Positions 34,608 to 42,651 of a stretch of 53,242 nucleotides of DNA are shown here, piece after piece (positions within the stretch are counted from its first letter, which is position 1; the number at the start of each line of letters is the position of its first letter). The notes under the pieces are model-generated. The model was not told the origin of the DNA. It saw only the letters and a list, made by a program, of their open reading frames with translations, and did no database searches. Where the stretch lies: the sequence record KY608966, one strand, 5' to 3'. A program made the translations under genes and the position numbers. This DNA is from Escherichia phage CF2.

Positions 34608-36575
34608 TTAGTGTGCCTCTGCCCAGTTACTTTCTATCTTAGCATCAGTAAGAACAGGCACACGAAGCGGTAACACAGTTTCCATGACCCGTACGAAATC
34701 ATAGAATCCATCTTCTGCTTGCTTACCAGACGGTAGAGAGAAGTTAAGCTCATCGTGTACAGTCAGGCGAGGTACGCCAATAACGTCAAAGTAACCGTCT
34801 TCATACCCTTTCAGCATTGCAGACTTCATCTGGTCTGCTGACGACCCTTGCAGCACTCGGTTGATTGCCTTGTGGGTGTCTGCCAGTTTAATGTTCGGAC
34901 CGTACTCCTGACGTGCTTCTTCAAATGGCAAAGGCATCTTACCGAATCCACCACGCTTTGGAACCCATTTGTTGAACCATGTCTTCCGGCCCATAAAGGT
35001 TTCTACGTACCCCTGGCTATAACATAAATCTTCATAATGCTTCATGGTAGCACCAATGAATGGTGCACCCTGATGATACGCTTTCAGAACAGGTTCCGCT
35101 TCTTCAGGCGTCATTGCTAACTTACGGGCAAGAGCATTAAGCATCATGCCATACAACAAACCAAAGTTAATGGTCTTAGCCGGTTTACGCTCTATAACGT
35201 GACCTGAGGCTTCCTTGATAATATCGACCATAACATTGTGGTAATCTGCTTCCGGGTTAGCCGCGAAAATTGCTCGTAACTCATCAGCGCCCGGGCCGAC
35301 TGCAAAATGCGCCATGAATCGATATTCAATTTGGGCGTAGTCTGCTGATCCCCATCGGTGTCCGACATCCGGTACGAAACAAGCACGAAGGAGTGGTCCC
35401 AGTATTTTGTGTCGAGACGGTATATTCTGCAGATTAGGGTCAGATGAGCTAAACCGACCACTAACGGTTCCACCGTCATCACCGCGCATTTGATGGAATT
35501 GACCGTGAAGGAAGCCATTTGTATTCATCCCCAATATATAGCCACGAATAAACGTGGACTGGATTTTCTCATAAGACTTAATCTCAGACACCAGTTCCGC
35601 GAACGGATGGTGCAAGCCTGCTAAGAAGTCTGCCGTAAACGACGGATTGCCCGCCGCTGTTCTGAAGTACTCCAGACCTAAATGGTCAAATGCAAGAGCT
35701 AAGTCCGGACCTGAGTTAACGTTAATGTTAAAGCCAATCTGGTCTTTAATCTGCTGGTGCATTTTCCTTATTTCAGCGCTAAGCGTATCATCCGCTTCTT
35801 TTGCCTTGTCAAGGTCAACACGCACACCCGCAAAACGCATCTTAAGCATTAATGGAATGAGCTTGCACTCCATATAGAATACGTCTGTTAAACACCAGCG
35901 ACTTAACAAAGGCCACTGGGCTTTGATAATGTGTATTGGTAAGTCGGCGTCAGATTCAGCATAGTAACCCACAAGACGAGGAGGTGTTTTGTAGATGTAC
36001 TTTCTGGCTTCACCTGTTGGCTTACAGCCATAAGCATCTGAAATCCATTGGTACATCTCGGCTGAGTCTTTACCTTCGCCTACATACTTTCGTCCAAGTC
36101 CTTCAAGTGCAACACGCGCGCCTGGGTCAAGTAATGCTTCCGCGAATTGTACATCCATGCACAATCCTTTAACTTCCACGCCTTCTGCTGCAAGCCAGCC
36201 CAAGTCATATGTGATGTTAGCACCGACTTTAACTTGGTTAGGTCGCGAGAGTTCGAGCCGAAGCCAACCAAGTACTTCCTCAGCTGGAAGGTTATCCTCT
36301 TCGCCGAGCTCGTGTCTGATTGGGTAGTAAGCTTTGAAGCCGTTGTCCGTAGCGATACTAACTCCAACGATATGACCCTCCCTCCTGGCCCAACCACTAC
36401 CATTTGTATCCATCCCTGGGTCGTATGTTTCACAATCAAGACCGATAATCTTTGCAGAAGACAAGTCCGGGTAATGCGCGCGCGGCCGCCATCCAGTATC
36501 CCTGACGTACGGTATAGGACGGTTGATAGGTTTAACATTCTTTGCACCTTCGAAGCTATCGAATAAAAAGCTCAT
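34608..36575 (-). CDS. Family A DNA polymerase with 3'-5' exonuclease domain
   Basis: Exo I 'IGLDCETYD', motif A 'ADYAQIEYRFMAH', motif B 'KTINFGLLYGM' and motif C 'TVHDEL'. Confidence 0.92.
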   Translation of the reverse strand: MSFLFDSFEGAKNVKPINRPIPYVRDTGWRPRAHYPDLSSAKIIGLDCETYDPGMDTNGSGWARREGHIVGVSIATDNGFKAYYPIRHELGEEDNLPAEEVLGWLRLELSRPNQVKVGANITYDLGWLAAEGVEVKGLCMDVQFAEALLDPGARVALEGLGRKYVGEGKDSAEMYQWISDAYGCKPTGEARKYIYKTPPRLVGYYAESDADLPIHIIKAQWPLLSRWCLTDVFYMECKLIPLMLKMRFAGVRVDLDKAKEADDTLSAEIRKMHQQIKDQIGFNINVNSGPDLALAFDHLGLEYFRTAAGNPSFTADFLAGLHHPFAELVSEIKSYEKIQSTFIRGYILGMNTNGFLHGQFHQMRGDDGGTVSGRFSSSDPNLQNIPSRHKILGPLLRACFVPDVGHRWGSADYAQIEYRFMAHFAVGPGADELRAIFAANPEADYHNVMVDIIKEASGHVIERKPAKTINFGLLYGMMLNALARKLAMTPEEAEPVLKAYHQGAPFIGATMKHYEDLCYSQGYVETFMGRKTWFNKWVPKRGGFGKMPLPFEEARQEYGPNIKLADTHKAINRVLQGSSADQMKSAMLKGYEDGYFDVIGVPRLTVHDELNFSLPSGKQAEDGFYDFVRVMETVLPLRVPVLTDAKIESNWAEAH

Positions 36576-37570
36576 CAGTCCCCTCTCACATACGCAATTA
36601 CAACTGTACGAGTTGAGTTTTCCATTTTGAGCGCCTGACTACCCAGTCCTATTCTTTCCATGCCTTTAGCCAGTTTACTCATCTGACTAATAACACAGTT
36701 GAACGGTTTACTAAACTTAGTCGACTGGAACTTAATGTCGACGGACATCTTTGGAATAATCTTATCTGGTAAGTCTGCCTTTGCAGTTGACTCGCCTGTT
36801 ATCTCCAGAATAGCCTGACCTTCGTCGTACCCAGTAAGCTGGTCCATGACTTCCAGGAACTCAGGAGTGATGGCCTGCATATCCATTTCCATATTGAAGA
36901 ACTTCGATACGTCTGGCCATTTGGCTGCTAGTACCGGAGCATCCATCTGTACACCATCCGCAAAGCCGAAGAACATCTGGCCGCGGGCGTAACCTACACT
37001 TGTGGGTTCCATCTTCAGCTTAACCAGAGCCTCAAGCATTGGTTTGGCTATGGCACATTCAAATTCAAAATCTACATTCAACTTCTCGCGTATCATATAC
37101 TTACCGTTAGTTGCGTAAGCATAACCATCGCGCAGAAGTAAAGATGTTGCCCATATCTGCGGTGCTTCGTTAGGTACCCACTTGGCTAAGGCGGTTAATA
37201 CCGGGAGTAATTCGCCATGTGCTGAATACCAGTTGTTAACTGTAGCAAGCGGCGGTAATGGTTCATTAAGCGCTTGCATTCTTGTTTTAAGTACGCCTGC
37301 TGTGACTGTGAGGTTTCCAGCGGCTGTAATGTTAAAAGTAATCTGTTCAGTTCTTGCCGCATTAACGGCCTTACGAAATGATTCAGCATCCACTTGCAGG
37401 TCTGGGAATCCTTTACATGGCGCTCGTAGTAATACGTTCTTGTAGTATGAATGGATTGTTTCGTTTGCAATCCATATTTTACCCATAAGACCGCTATCAG
37501 TATACTTGATGGGACGAGCTTGTTGAACGGCAGTCTGTATTTGTTTGGTGTCATAGTTAAACTTGCTCAT
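36575..37570 (-). CDS. Putative sliding-clamp (DnaN/beta-like) protein
   Basis: 331 aa. By-eye collinearity with E. coli beta: 'ATNGKYM' with 'ATDGHRL', 'KWPDVSKFF' with 'RFPDYRRVL', and a similar N-terminus and C-terminal strand. Stop and start overlap the polymerase gene. Confidence 0.4.
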   Translation of the reverse strand: MSKFNYDTKQIQTAVQQARPIKYTDSGLMGKIWIANETIHSYYKNVLLRAPCKGFPDLQVDAESFRKAVNAARTEQITFNITAAGNLTVTAGVLKTRMQALNEPLPPLATVNNWYSAHGELLPVLTALAKWVPNEAPQIWATSLLLRDGYAYATNGKYMIREKLNVDFEFECAIAKPMLEALVKLKMEPTSVGYARGQMFFGFADGVQMDAPVLAAKWPDVSKFFNMEMDMQAITPEFLEVMDQLTGYDEGQAILEITGESTAKADLPDKIIPKMSVDIKFQSTKFSKPFNCVISQMSKLAKGMERIGLGSQALKMENSTRTVVIAYVRGD

Positions 37571-37593
37571 AATATAACGGGGCCGAAGCCCCG
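37571..37593 (-). terminator. cUUCGg-tetraloop hairpin (attenuator or RNA stabiliser)
   Basis: The minus sense reads cggggc-UUCG-gccccg followed by 'ttatatt'. The U-tract is weak. Confidence 0.45.
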
Positions 37594-37600
37594 CTCCATC

Positions 37601-38485
37601 TTATACGGCCATTTGGAGTTTGATGTTCGGCATTGGTTTGTACTTCTCAACCATTGGCGCAACATCGGCAGGAGTGAAGTCAAATACTGACACGTCGTAA
37701 ATCGCGTTAATGTCAGGACGGCCTTCAAAGTTAGTGTCCAGGGTAGAATCAGAATTGCTTACGATACGTTGCAGGAAAATCTTTGCCGCGTCGATATGAT
37801 TCTGATAGATGTGATAATCACCCAGCGTAACAGTCATGTCGCCAACACCAGTGCCCAGCTCAGCAGCAATGGTAATCTGCAACATCTGATGAAGCAGGAT
37901 GTCATGTGGCAGACCAAGGATAACGTCCGCACTACGCATATGGAACATCAGCTCTAATTCATTACGGTTGTTAATGAACAGCTGAAAACCATGGTAACAA
38001 GGCGGAAGGGCCATGGCGTCCATCTCTTGTGGGTTCCATGCCGTAATGTATGCCCGGCGGTCAGTAGGCTTAACCTTCAACGTTTCAATAACGTCTTTAA
38101 GCTGGTTAGTAAGAACACCATTCTTATAGAAAGGCTTAACCCATTGTACGCCGTATACAGGACCTAAGTCACGGTTGTCTGGTGTACCCCAACGTTTGTT
38201 TGCGTCTTGCAGGTTACCTTCCCACCAGTTGCAGCCAAAGCCTTTGAGCGTGTCGACGTTTGAAATGCCGTTTATAAAGCAATAGAGCTCAGCAGCAACA
38301 GCTTTGATGTTAACAGGTTTAAACACAGGCACCATCAGTTTGTTGTCGTTGAAAGCCAGCTTAAATGCTGTACCAAAACAACGGCGGGTACCAACACCTG
38401 TACGGTCTACAACATCCTCACCTTTACGCAGGATAAAAGAAATGATGTCGCTGTAAAGAGAATCGATAGTGCTGTATGTTTTCAT
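37601..38485 (-). CDS. Thymidylate-synthase-family enzyme with Asp at the ThyA Asn177 position (predicted dCMP-specific methylase or hydroxymethylase)
   Basis: 'DLGPVYGVQW', 'DRRAYITAWN', catalytic 'ALPPCY' and 'GDYHIYQNH' are ThyA-like. 'HMRSADVILGLPHD' aligns without gaps to ThyA 'YQRSCDVFLGLPFN' and T4 gp42 'NMRSNDVVFGFRND'. Confidence 0.75.
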   Translation of the reverse strand: MKTYSTIDSLYSDIISFILRKGEDVVDRTGVGTRRCFGTAFKLAFNDNKLMVPVFKPVNIKAVAAELYCFINGISNVDTLKGFGCNWWEGNLQDANKRWGTPDNRDLGPVYGVQWVKPFYKNGVLTNQLKDVIETLKVKPTDRRAYITAWNPQEMDAMALPPCYHGFQLFINNRNELELMFHMRSADVILGLPHDILLHQMLQITIAAELGTGVGDMTVTLGDYHIYQNHIDAAKIFLQRIVSNSDSTLDTNFEGRPDINAIYDVSVFDFTPADVAPMVEKYKPMPNIKLQMAV

Positions 38486-39078
38486 TAAAACAGTTCCTTT
38501 TGAGCCGGGTTAACGTGTGCGTCGATGATTGCCTGGATGTCAGGTGCTTTCCATCCCTCAGGCTTAACAATATCCTGACCGGACTTATGCTTGCTGTTGC
38601 TTGCATCAGGCTTAGCGCGTTCTTTCGCCATGTTAGCAGCCTGTACCGCATCCCATGCTGCGTCAAGTGGCCAGTTGTTGTTTGCACACCAGGTAATCAG
38701 GTGGATAATTAACTGGGCCAGACGGTCGCAATGAGTGTCTTCAGTATCCTTAACGTATACAATAAGGCCATCAGCATCGAAACGGTCCATAAATCCGCAT
38801 GGCGTAGTTAACAGAATCGGATACTCAAATTCGTTGGTGAACCATGCGGTCTGGTCATACAGGTATAACGTACCTGCAGCAATGTAAATTAAATCTACAA
38901 TACCGTCTAAGAAGCCAGCTTTGTCGCCGTCCTTCTTAGCTTGTTTAATTTCTTCCATCTCCTCAATAAGACGGTCGTAACGAAGCTTGAACTCAGGTTT
39001 ACCGCCTTGACTAACAGGCTTGAGGTCAAACTTCTCATGAAAAGCGGTAACGCCTGCAGCAATTTTACTGAATCGCAT
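38485..39078 (-). CDS. MazG-like nucleotide pyrophosphohydrolase
   Basis: 'RLIEEMEEIKQA..FLDGIVDLIYIAAG' (the EExxE...D..D pattern). AAGGAG lies 7 nt upstream. Confidence 0.65.
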   Translation of the reverse strand: MRFSKIAAGVTAFHEKFDLKPVSQGGKPEFKLRYDRLIEEMEEIKQAKKDGDKAGFLDGIVDLIYIAAGTLYLYDQTAWFTNEFEYPILLTTPCGFMDRFDADGLIVYVKDTEDTHCDRLAQLIIHLITWCANNNWPLDAAWDAVQAANMAKERAKPDASNSKHKSGQDIVKPEGWKAPDIQAIIDAHVNPAQKELF

Positions 39079-39463
39079 TTCGTAACTCCTTACAAACAGT
39101 TTCGATAAACTTACGTTTAATTTCTGTAGACCAGATAATATGACGAGCCTGTTCTAAAGTGTCCCAACGTTCTTTACCCACAGGAAAGGGAACAATGAAA
39201 AGGCCGGTACGGGATATGCGCTTGATAAACGGGAATTTACAGCGCATGGTTGTTTCAAACTTGATAAAGTTTGTTTGCACATCGCGTGTAAACTTGACCT
39301 TATCAAATTCATGTTCAAGAGTTTGAGCAATGTTGCATACTTCCTGGAAAGAAGATGCAGGCAAGTAATCTTCGCGGCCGACGGTGTTCACGTAGTCGAT
39401 TTGGCCTTCTAGCCGAAGTATCCAAATCCTGTAATAAGCTTCAGCAACACGTTGTAGGTTCAT
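39065..39463 (-). CDS. Hypothetical protein
   Basis: 132-aa ORF, first gene downstream of the promoter at 39490-39518. Confidence 0.55.
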   Translation of the reverse strand: MNLQRVAEAYYRIWILRLEGQIDYVNTVGREDYLPASSFQEVCNIAQTLEHEFDKVKFTRDVQTNFIKFETTMRCKFPFIKRISRTGLFIVPFPVGKERWDTLEQARHIIWSTEIKRKFIETVCKELRNAIQ

Positions 39464-39489
39464 TGTATCTCTCCTCTAAAAGATAACTT

Positions 39490-39518
39490 ATTATACCACA
39501 TCACTCTCTAGTGGTAAA
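39490..39518 (-). promoter_or_regulatory. sigma70-type promoter TTTACC-17-(TGg)TATAAT
   Basis: The minus strand reads 'gctTTTACCactagagagtgatgTGgTATAAT'. Confidence 0.7.
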
Positions 39519-39537
39519 GCACTTTTTACGCTTCTGG

Positions 39538-39573
39538 TAAAAATAAAAAGGACCAGCGTTAACTGGTCCTTTT
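39538..39573 (-). terminator. Strong rho-independent terminator ending the structured RNA locus (bidirectional shape)
   Basis: Stem aggaccag/ctggtcct (39549-39556/39563-39570). The minus-sense downstream run is 'tttttattttt'. Confidence 0.85.
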
Positions 39574-39832
39574 GGCAGGGTGGCGTAAGGAGATACAAGG
39601 CATCGTAACTATGCAACCAGGCAGCGCATATGAGATTGGCCAAAAGATTTACCATTTTAATCCCCGCGACGAGACGAAAAGGAGGTGTCATCTAGTAGCC
39701 AATCACATATGCGTTACTTGCTGTGTGCTCTCACCGCGGAAAGTATAGAGCGTTGCACTTATCACACCGATGGAGTGGCAAAAGCACACAGCAAGTACAA
39801 CCTTAGTTGTGGTGTCTTAGCACCTGAGTTAT

Positions 39833-39841
39833 TGTGGATAA
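39833..39841 (-). other. Perfect DnaA-box consensus TTATCCACA (single copy)
   Basis: The plus strand reads tgtggataa at 39833-39841, inside the small hairpin gttat/ataac. Confidence 0.3.
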
Positions 39842-39956
39842 CCTGCACCCGACGGGTGTCAAAAAGATACGCCAAAACACCACAACTAAAATTGTGACCG
39901 CCGTCTACACCAGGCGCCTGGGGTCAAGGTAGCGAGCCAATACCCTTTTCAGCGTC

Positions 39957-39973
39957 GGAGGAATCGAACCTCA
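39957..39973 (-). other. tRNA T-arm-like hairpin (GAGG-TTCGATT-CCTC)
   Basis: The minus strand reads 'gaGGTTCGATTCCtc'. No 7-bp acceptor stem can be formed around it. Confidence 0.5.
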
Positions 39974-40007
39974 CACATCACGGCTTTTACCAAATCTCGG
40001 TCAGCGA

Positions 40008-40022
40008 GCAGAATTGAACTGC
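40008..40022 (-). other. Second T-arm-like hairpin (GCAG-TTCAATT-CTGC)
   Basis: 4-bp stem with a 7-nt TTCAATT loop, 49 nt upstream of the first T-arm-like hairpin. Confidence 0.4.
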
Positions 40023-40101
40023 ATTCACTGGACACCCTCACTGTTTCAACACACCAGGCTTAATTGATTGTTGATAAGAAGAGAGATGTAAGGATGTCCA
40101 T

Positions 40102-40129
40102 TGAATGCACCTCCGTAGAGGTGCGTTCA
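40102..40129 (-). promoter_or_regulatory. Stable hairpin with cUACGg tetraloop just after the 40141 stop
   Basis: gcacctc-tacg-gaggtgc in the minus sense, extended by tgaa/ttca. There is no U-run. Confidence 0.45.
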
Positions 40130-40140
40130 GATCAGCGCTA

Positions 40141-40608
40141 TTATTCAGCAACTTCTTCGTTGTCGCCTTCGATCGCGCCAGCCAGTTTAGCAGCTTCAGC
40201 TTTAGCAGCTTCTGCTTTCTGGCGAGCTTTTTCAGCTTTCTCTTCAGCTTTGCGAATCTGCTCAGCAGCTTTCGCTTCGGCTTTTTCAGCTTTGATGCGA
40301 GCACGCTCTTCAGCTTTACGCTGTTTTTCAGCGGCTTTAGCAGCATCGCGTTCTGCTTTAGCGGTATCAACACGCTTAGCCAGAACTTTACCAGTGGCTT
40401 TACGCCAGTAGGTCAGCTGGGAAGAAACAGTACCACGGGACATTTCGGTAGTGGCAACAACTTCGTCCATAACGTCAGAGCTGGACTTGCCTTCTTCATG
40501 GGCTTTATCAGCCAGGTCCCATACGTAACGTGCGCCAGTACCAGCTGCCGGATACAGTACGCCGTTAACTTCTTCTTTACCAGTTACAAAAGTCAGTTTC
40601 TCACTCAT
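40141..40608 (-). CDS. Putative DNA-binding protein with Ala/Lys/Glu-rich (histone H1 / KfrA-like) tail
   Basis: 155 aa from ATG 40608; the upstream ATG 40668 lies inside the promoter. The tail reads 'AKAERDAAKAAEKQRKAEERARIKAEKAEAKAAEQIRKAEEKAEKARQKAEAAKAEAAK'. Confidence 0.55.
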   Translation of the reverse strand: MSEKLTFVTGKEEVNGVLYPAAGTGARYVWDLADKAHEEGKSSSDVMDEVVATTEMSRGTVSSQLTYWRKATGKVLAKRVDTAKAERDAAKAAEKQRKAEERARIKAEKAEAKAAEQIRKAEEKAEKARQKAEAAKAEAAKLAGAIEGDNEEVAE

Positions 40609-40656
40609 AATTTTTTCCTCGTCTACAGGGCTTAATGTTTGTTCGTTACGTGAGTT

Positions 40657-40685
40657 AATATACGTCATTTAAAAGAGTGTGTAAA
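40657..40685 (-). promoter_or_regulatory. sigma70-type promoter TTTACA-17-TATATT
   Basis: The minus strand reads 'gtgTTTACAcactcttttaaatgacgTATATT'. Confidence 0.6.
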
Positions 40686-40714
40686 CACCTTTTTTAAACT
40701 TTTTTCATTAGTGT

Positions 40715-40936
40715 CTAGAAAGGCACATCATAGTCAAAAAGTTTACATCCGGAAGACAGGACTGCCGGCGGTGGTGTTTTGCCTCCGGATAACAGGCAAC
40801 CTCCTGCCTGAAAACTACGGCAGTTTGCACAGCTCATATCCTGCAAGTATATAATAAGCTGTCGGCGAACATGCCGTGGTAAAGCTTTAGCCTGGGTTGC
40901 TACCCGTTCAAATAGTTCTCTGTCATCGAGCGCCAT
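40715..40936 (-). CDS. Hypothetical Cys-containing small protein
   Basis: 73 aa with 'CANCRSFQAGGC..GC'. Overlaps the helicase gene end by 14 nt. Confidence 0.5.
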   Translation of the reverse strand: MALDDRELFERVATQAKALPRHVRRQLIIYLQDMSCANCRSFQAGGCLLSGGKTPPPAVLSSGCKLFDYDVPF

Positions 40937-42593
40937 AGCCGTTTCCCCAGTCGTAGTTCATGATTTGTGGGTAGGGTCGTTTAATCCATACCTTGATGCG
41001 CTTAGGAATAGCCAGCTCACCCTTACGGCGGATAAACTCATCGCATGTTTCAGGCGGTTCTGTTCCTGCAGCATTACGCCACCAGGCGTCTGCCATTTGC
41101 TTAGCATTACCATGGGCCTCTATATTTACCCATGTTGTATACACTTCCAGGTTTGAGTAGTACACAACCTTTATACTGTCAGGTCGTCCCTGCTTCTGGA
41201 ATAAAGAATAGTTTACCAGCGTAACATCTTTATCCACAACACGAAGCTGACCGTTAGTCATTACCTCTTCTTCTGATGAAGTGAAGGCAATAGCAGGTCC
41301 GTTAACTGTAAACTCAAACTCATGCCCGCACATCGGATATACACCATTCTCGTCTGGCGTACTTCCTTTAGCCGGATGCTTACACGTACGAGCAGCATAG
41401 CCACTTACCTGGTGACAGATAGGACACTCTTTACCGCCAGGTGTTTTCTCTGACCGTTTCTTTTTCTTCTTACCAAGACGTGGCGGAACAGCCGGGTCGT
41501 CAATAGGTCCAAGGTCAATGGTGTTAGACGTGAAGTCCATAACAAGACAGTCATGCTTGCCAGGCGCTGTACGTAATCCTCGACCGAGTATCTGCACCCA
41601 CAAAGCAACAGACGTGGACGGGCGCAAGATGCCGAGCATATCAATTTCAGGATAGTCAAATCCTGTCGTCAATACGCTTACGTTTACACAGACCCGTGCT
41701 CGTCCGCTTGTAAACTCTTCCAGTGCGGCTTCACGTTCTTTCTTTGTAAGACCGCCATGCACAACTACAGTCTGCCAACCTCGCAGATTAAACTCGTCTG
41801 CTATGTTGTGGGCGTGCTCAACACTTGTGGCAAATACAAGAACGTGGTTCCTGTCTTTACCGTAGTGCATCATCTCACGAATAGCCGCGACTGTTATACT
41901 ATGTTGGTTGGCTACCTTCTCAAGCTCTGACGGTATGTAGTCACCCATCCTTTCACCAACATTACTGGTGTCAATCTTGGTTAACACTTTCTTGTTGACC
42001 AGGCGTGACAGGAAGCCTTCATTTACCAACCTGGTGAATGCGTCAGGTGTTGTAAGGTCATAGCATATGTCGGTAAATATACCACAGTCCAGCAAGTGAC
42101 CACCTGCAAGGCGATATGGAGTTGCTGTGAGTCCTGTTACCTTTACCTTAGGATTAAGCTCTTTGAAGTGAGCAATAACCTTACGGTATGTTGTTTCAGA
42201 CTTCTCAGGAACAAGATGGGCTTCGTCAATGAATATAAGATTAAACTTACCTGCTTCTTCCAGGTTCTTAATAATTGACTGTACCGATGCTACAACGATA
42301 CGGCCTGAAAAGTCTTTATGTCCTGCACCTGAAGAGTAGATTGATACTGGTGCTTGTGGCCAGTGACGAACAATTGCTTTGGCGTCTTGTTCAACCAGCT
42401 CCTTGACGTGAGTCAGTATAAGAATACGCTGACGGGGATAGCTGGTAAGAATATCCTTCATCAGCATACCAAGCACAGGTGATTTGCCTGAACCTGTTGG
42501 CATGACAATAAGTGGGTTACCACTATAAGAATTGAAGTACGACCACCAAGCTGTGACCGCTTCTTGTTGATACCAGCGAGCTTCAAAAGCCAT
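40923..42593 (-). CDS. SF2 DEAD/DEAH-box DNA helicase with C-terminal zinc ribbon
   Basis: Motif I 'MPTGSGKS', motif II 'FIDEAHLV', motif III 'GLTATPYR' and 'CPICHQ..CKHP'. Confidence 0.85.
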   Translation of the reverse strand: MAFEARWYQQEAVTAWWSYFNSYSGNPLIVMPTGSGKSPVLGMLMKDILTSYPRQRILILTHVKELVEQDAKAIVRHWPQAPVSIYSSGAGHKDFSGRIVVASVQSIIKNLEEAGKFNLIFIDEAHLVPEKSETTYRKVIAHFKELNPKVKVTGLTATPYRLAGGHLLDCGIFTDICYDLTTPDAFTRLVNEGFLSRLVNKKVLTKIDTSNVGERMGDYIPSELEKVANQHSITVAAIREMMHYGKDRNHVLVFATSVEHAHNIADEFNLRGWQTVVVHGGLTKKEREAALEEFTSGRARVCVNVSVLTTGFDYPEIDMLGILRPSTSVALWVQILGRGLRTAPGKHDCLVMDFTSNTIDLGPIDDPAVPPRLGKKKKKRSEKTPGGKECPICHQVSGYAARTCKHPAKGSTPDENGVYPMCGHEFEFTVNGPAIAFTSSEEEVMTNGQLRVVDKDVTLVNYSLFQKQGRPDSIKVVYYSNLEVYTTWVNIEAHGNAKQMADAWWRNAAGTEPPETCDEFIRRKGELAIPKRIKVWIKRPYPQIMNYDWGNGYGAR

Positions 42594-42619
42594 TTAACGT
42601 CTCCTCATTAACTTCATAT

Positions 42620-42648
42620 ATTATACCACTTCCTTGTGGTGATGTATA
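42620..42648 (-). promoter_or_regulatory. sigma70-type promoter TATACA-17-(TGg)TATAAT
   Basis: The minus strand reads 'agTATACAtcaccacaaggaagTGgTATAAT'. Confidence 0.6.
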
Positions 42649-42651
42649 CTT

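Larger units (their letters stand above)
39574..40045 (-). ncRNA. Candidate structured non-coding RNA (about 470 nt), family unknown
   Basis: Three consecutive long helices: 39797-39815/39877-39895 (19 bp), 39716-39729/39783-39796 (14 bp) and 39625-39640/39698-39713 (16 bp with one mismatch). There are also two T-arm-like hairpins and no credible ORF. The G.U pairs exist only in the minus sense. Confidence 0.5.

Noticed and set aside
39833-39841. A replication origin defined by the perfect DnaA box TTATCCACA.
   Set aside because: It is a single box with no cluster and no adjacent AT-rich unwinding element, and a 9-mer is expected about 0.4 times by chance. The AT-rich iteron region at 52650-52936 is a better origin candidate.
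39491-39897. ORFs 39685..39897 (+, 70 aa, preceded by AAGGAGGTG) and 39491..39691 (-, 66 aa).
   Set aside because: The SD-like sequence abuts the GTG with no spacing and is 21 nt from the first ATG. The minus-strand ORF runs through a strong terminator and a promoter. Both lie in long RNA helices.
39950-40030. A canonical tRNA gene on the minus strand, suggested by the GGTTCGATTCC T-loop.
   Set aside because: No 7-bp acceptor stem forms: the best pairing is 5 of 7, cagtg/cgctg. There is no D-loop GG and no 5-bp anticodon stem with a 7-nt loop. I report it only as a tRNA-like motif within a larger structured region.
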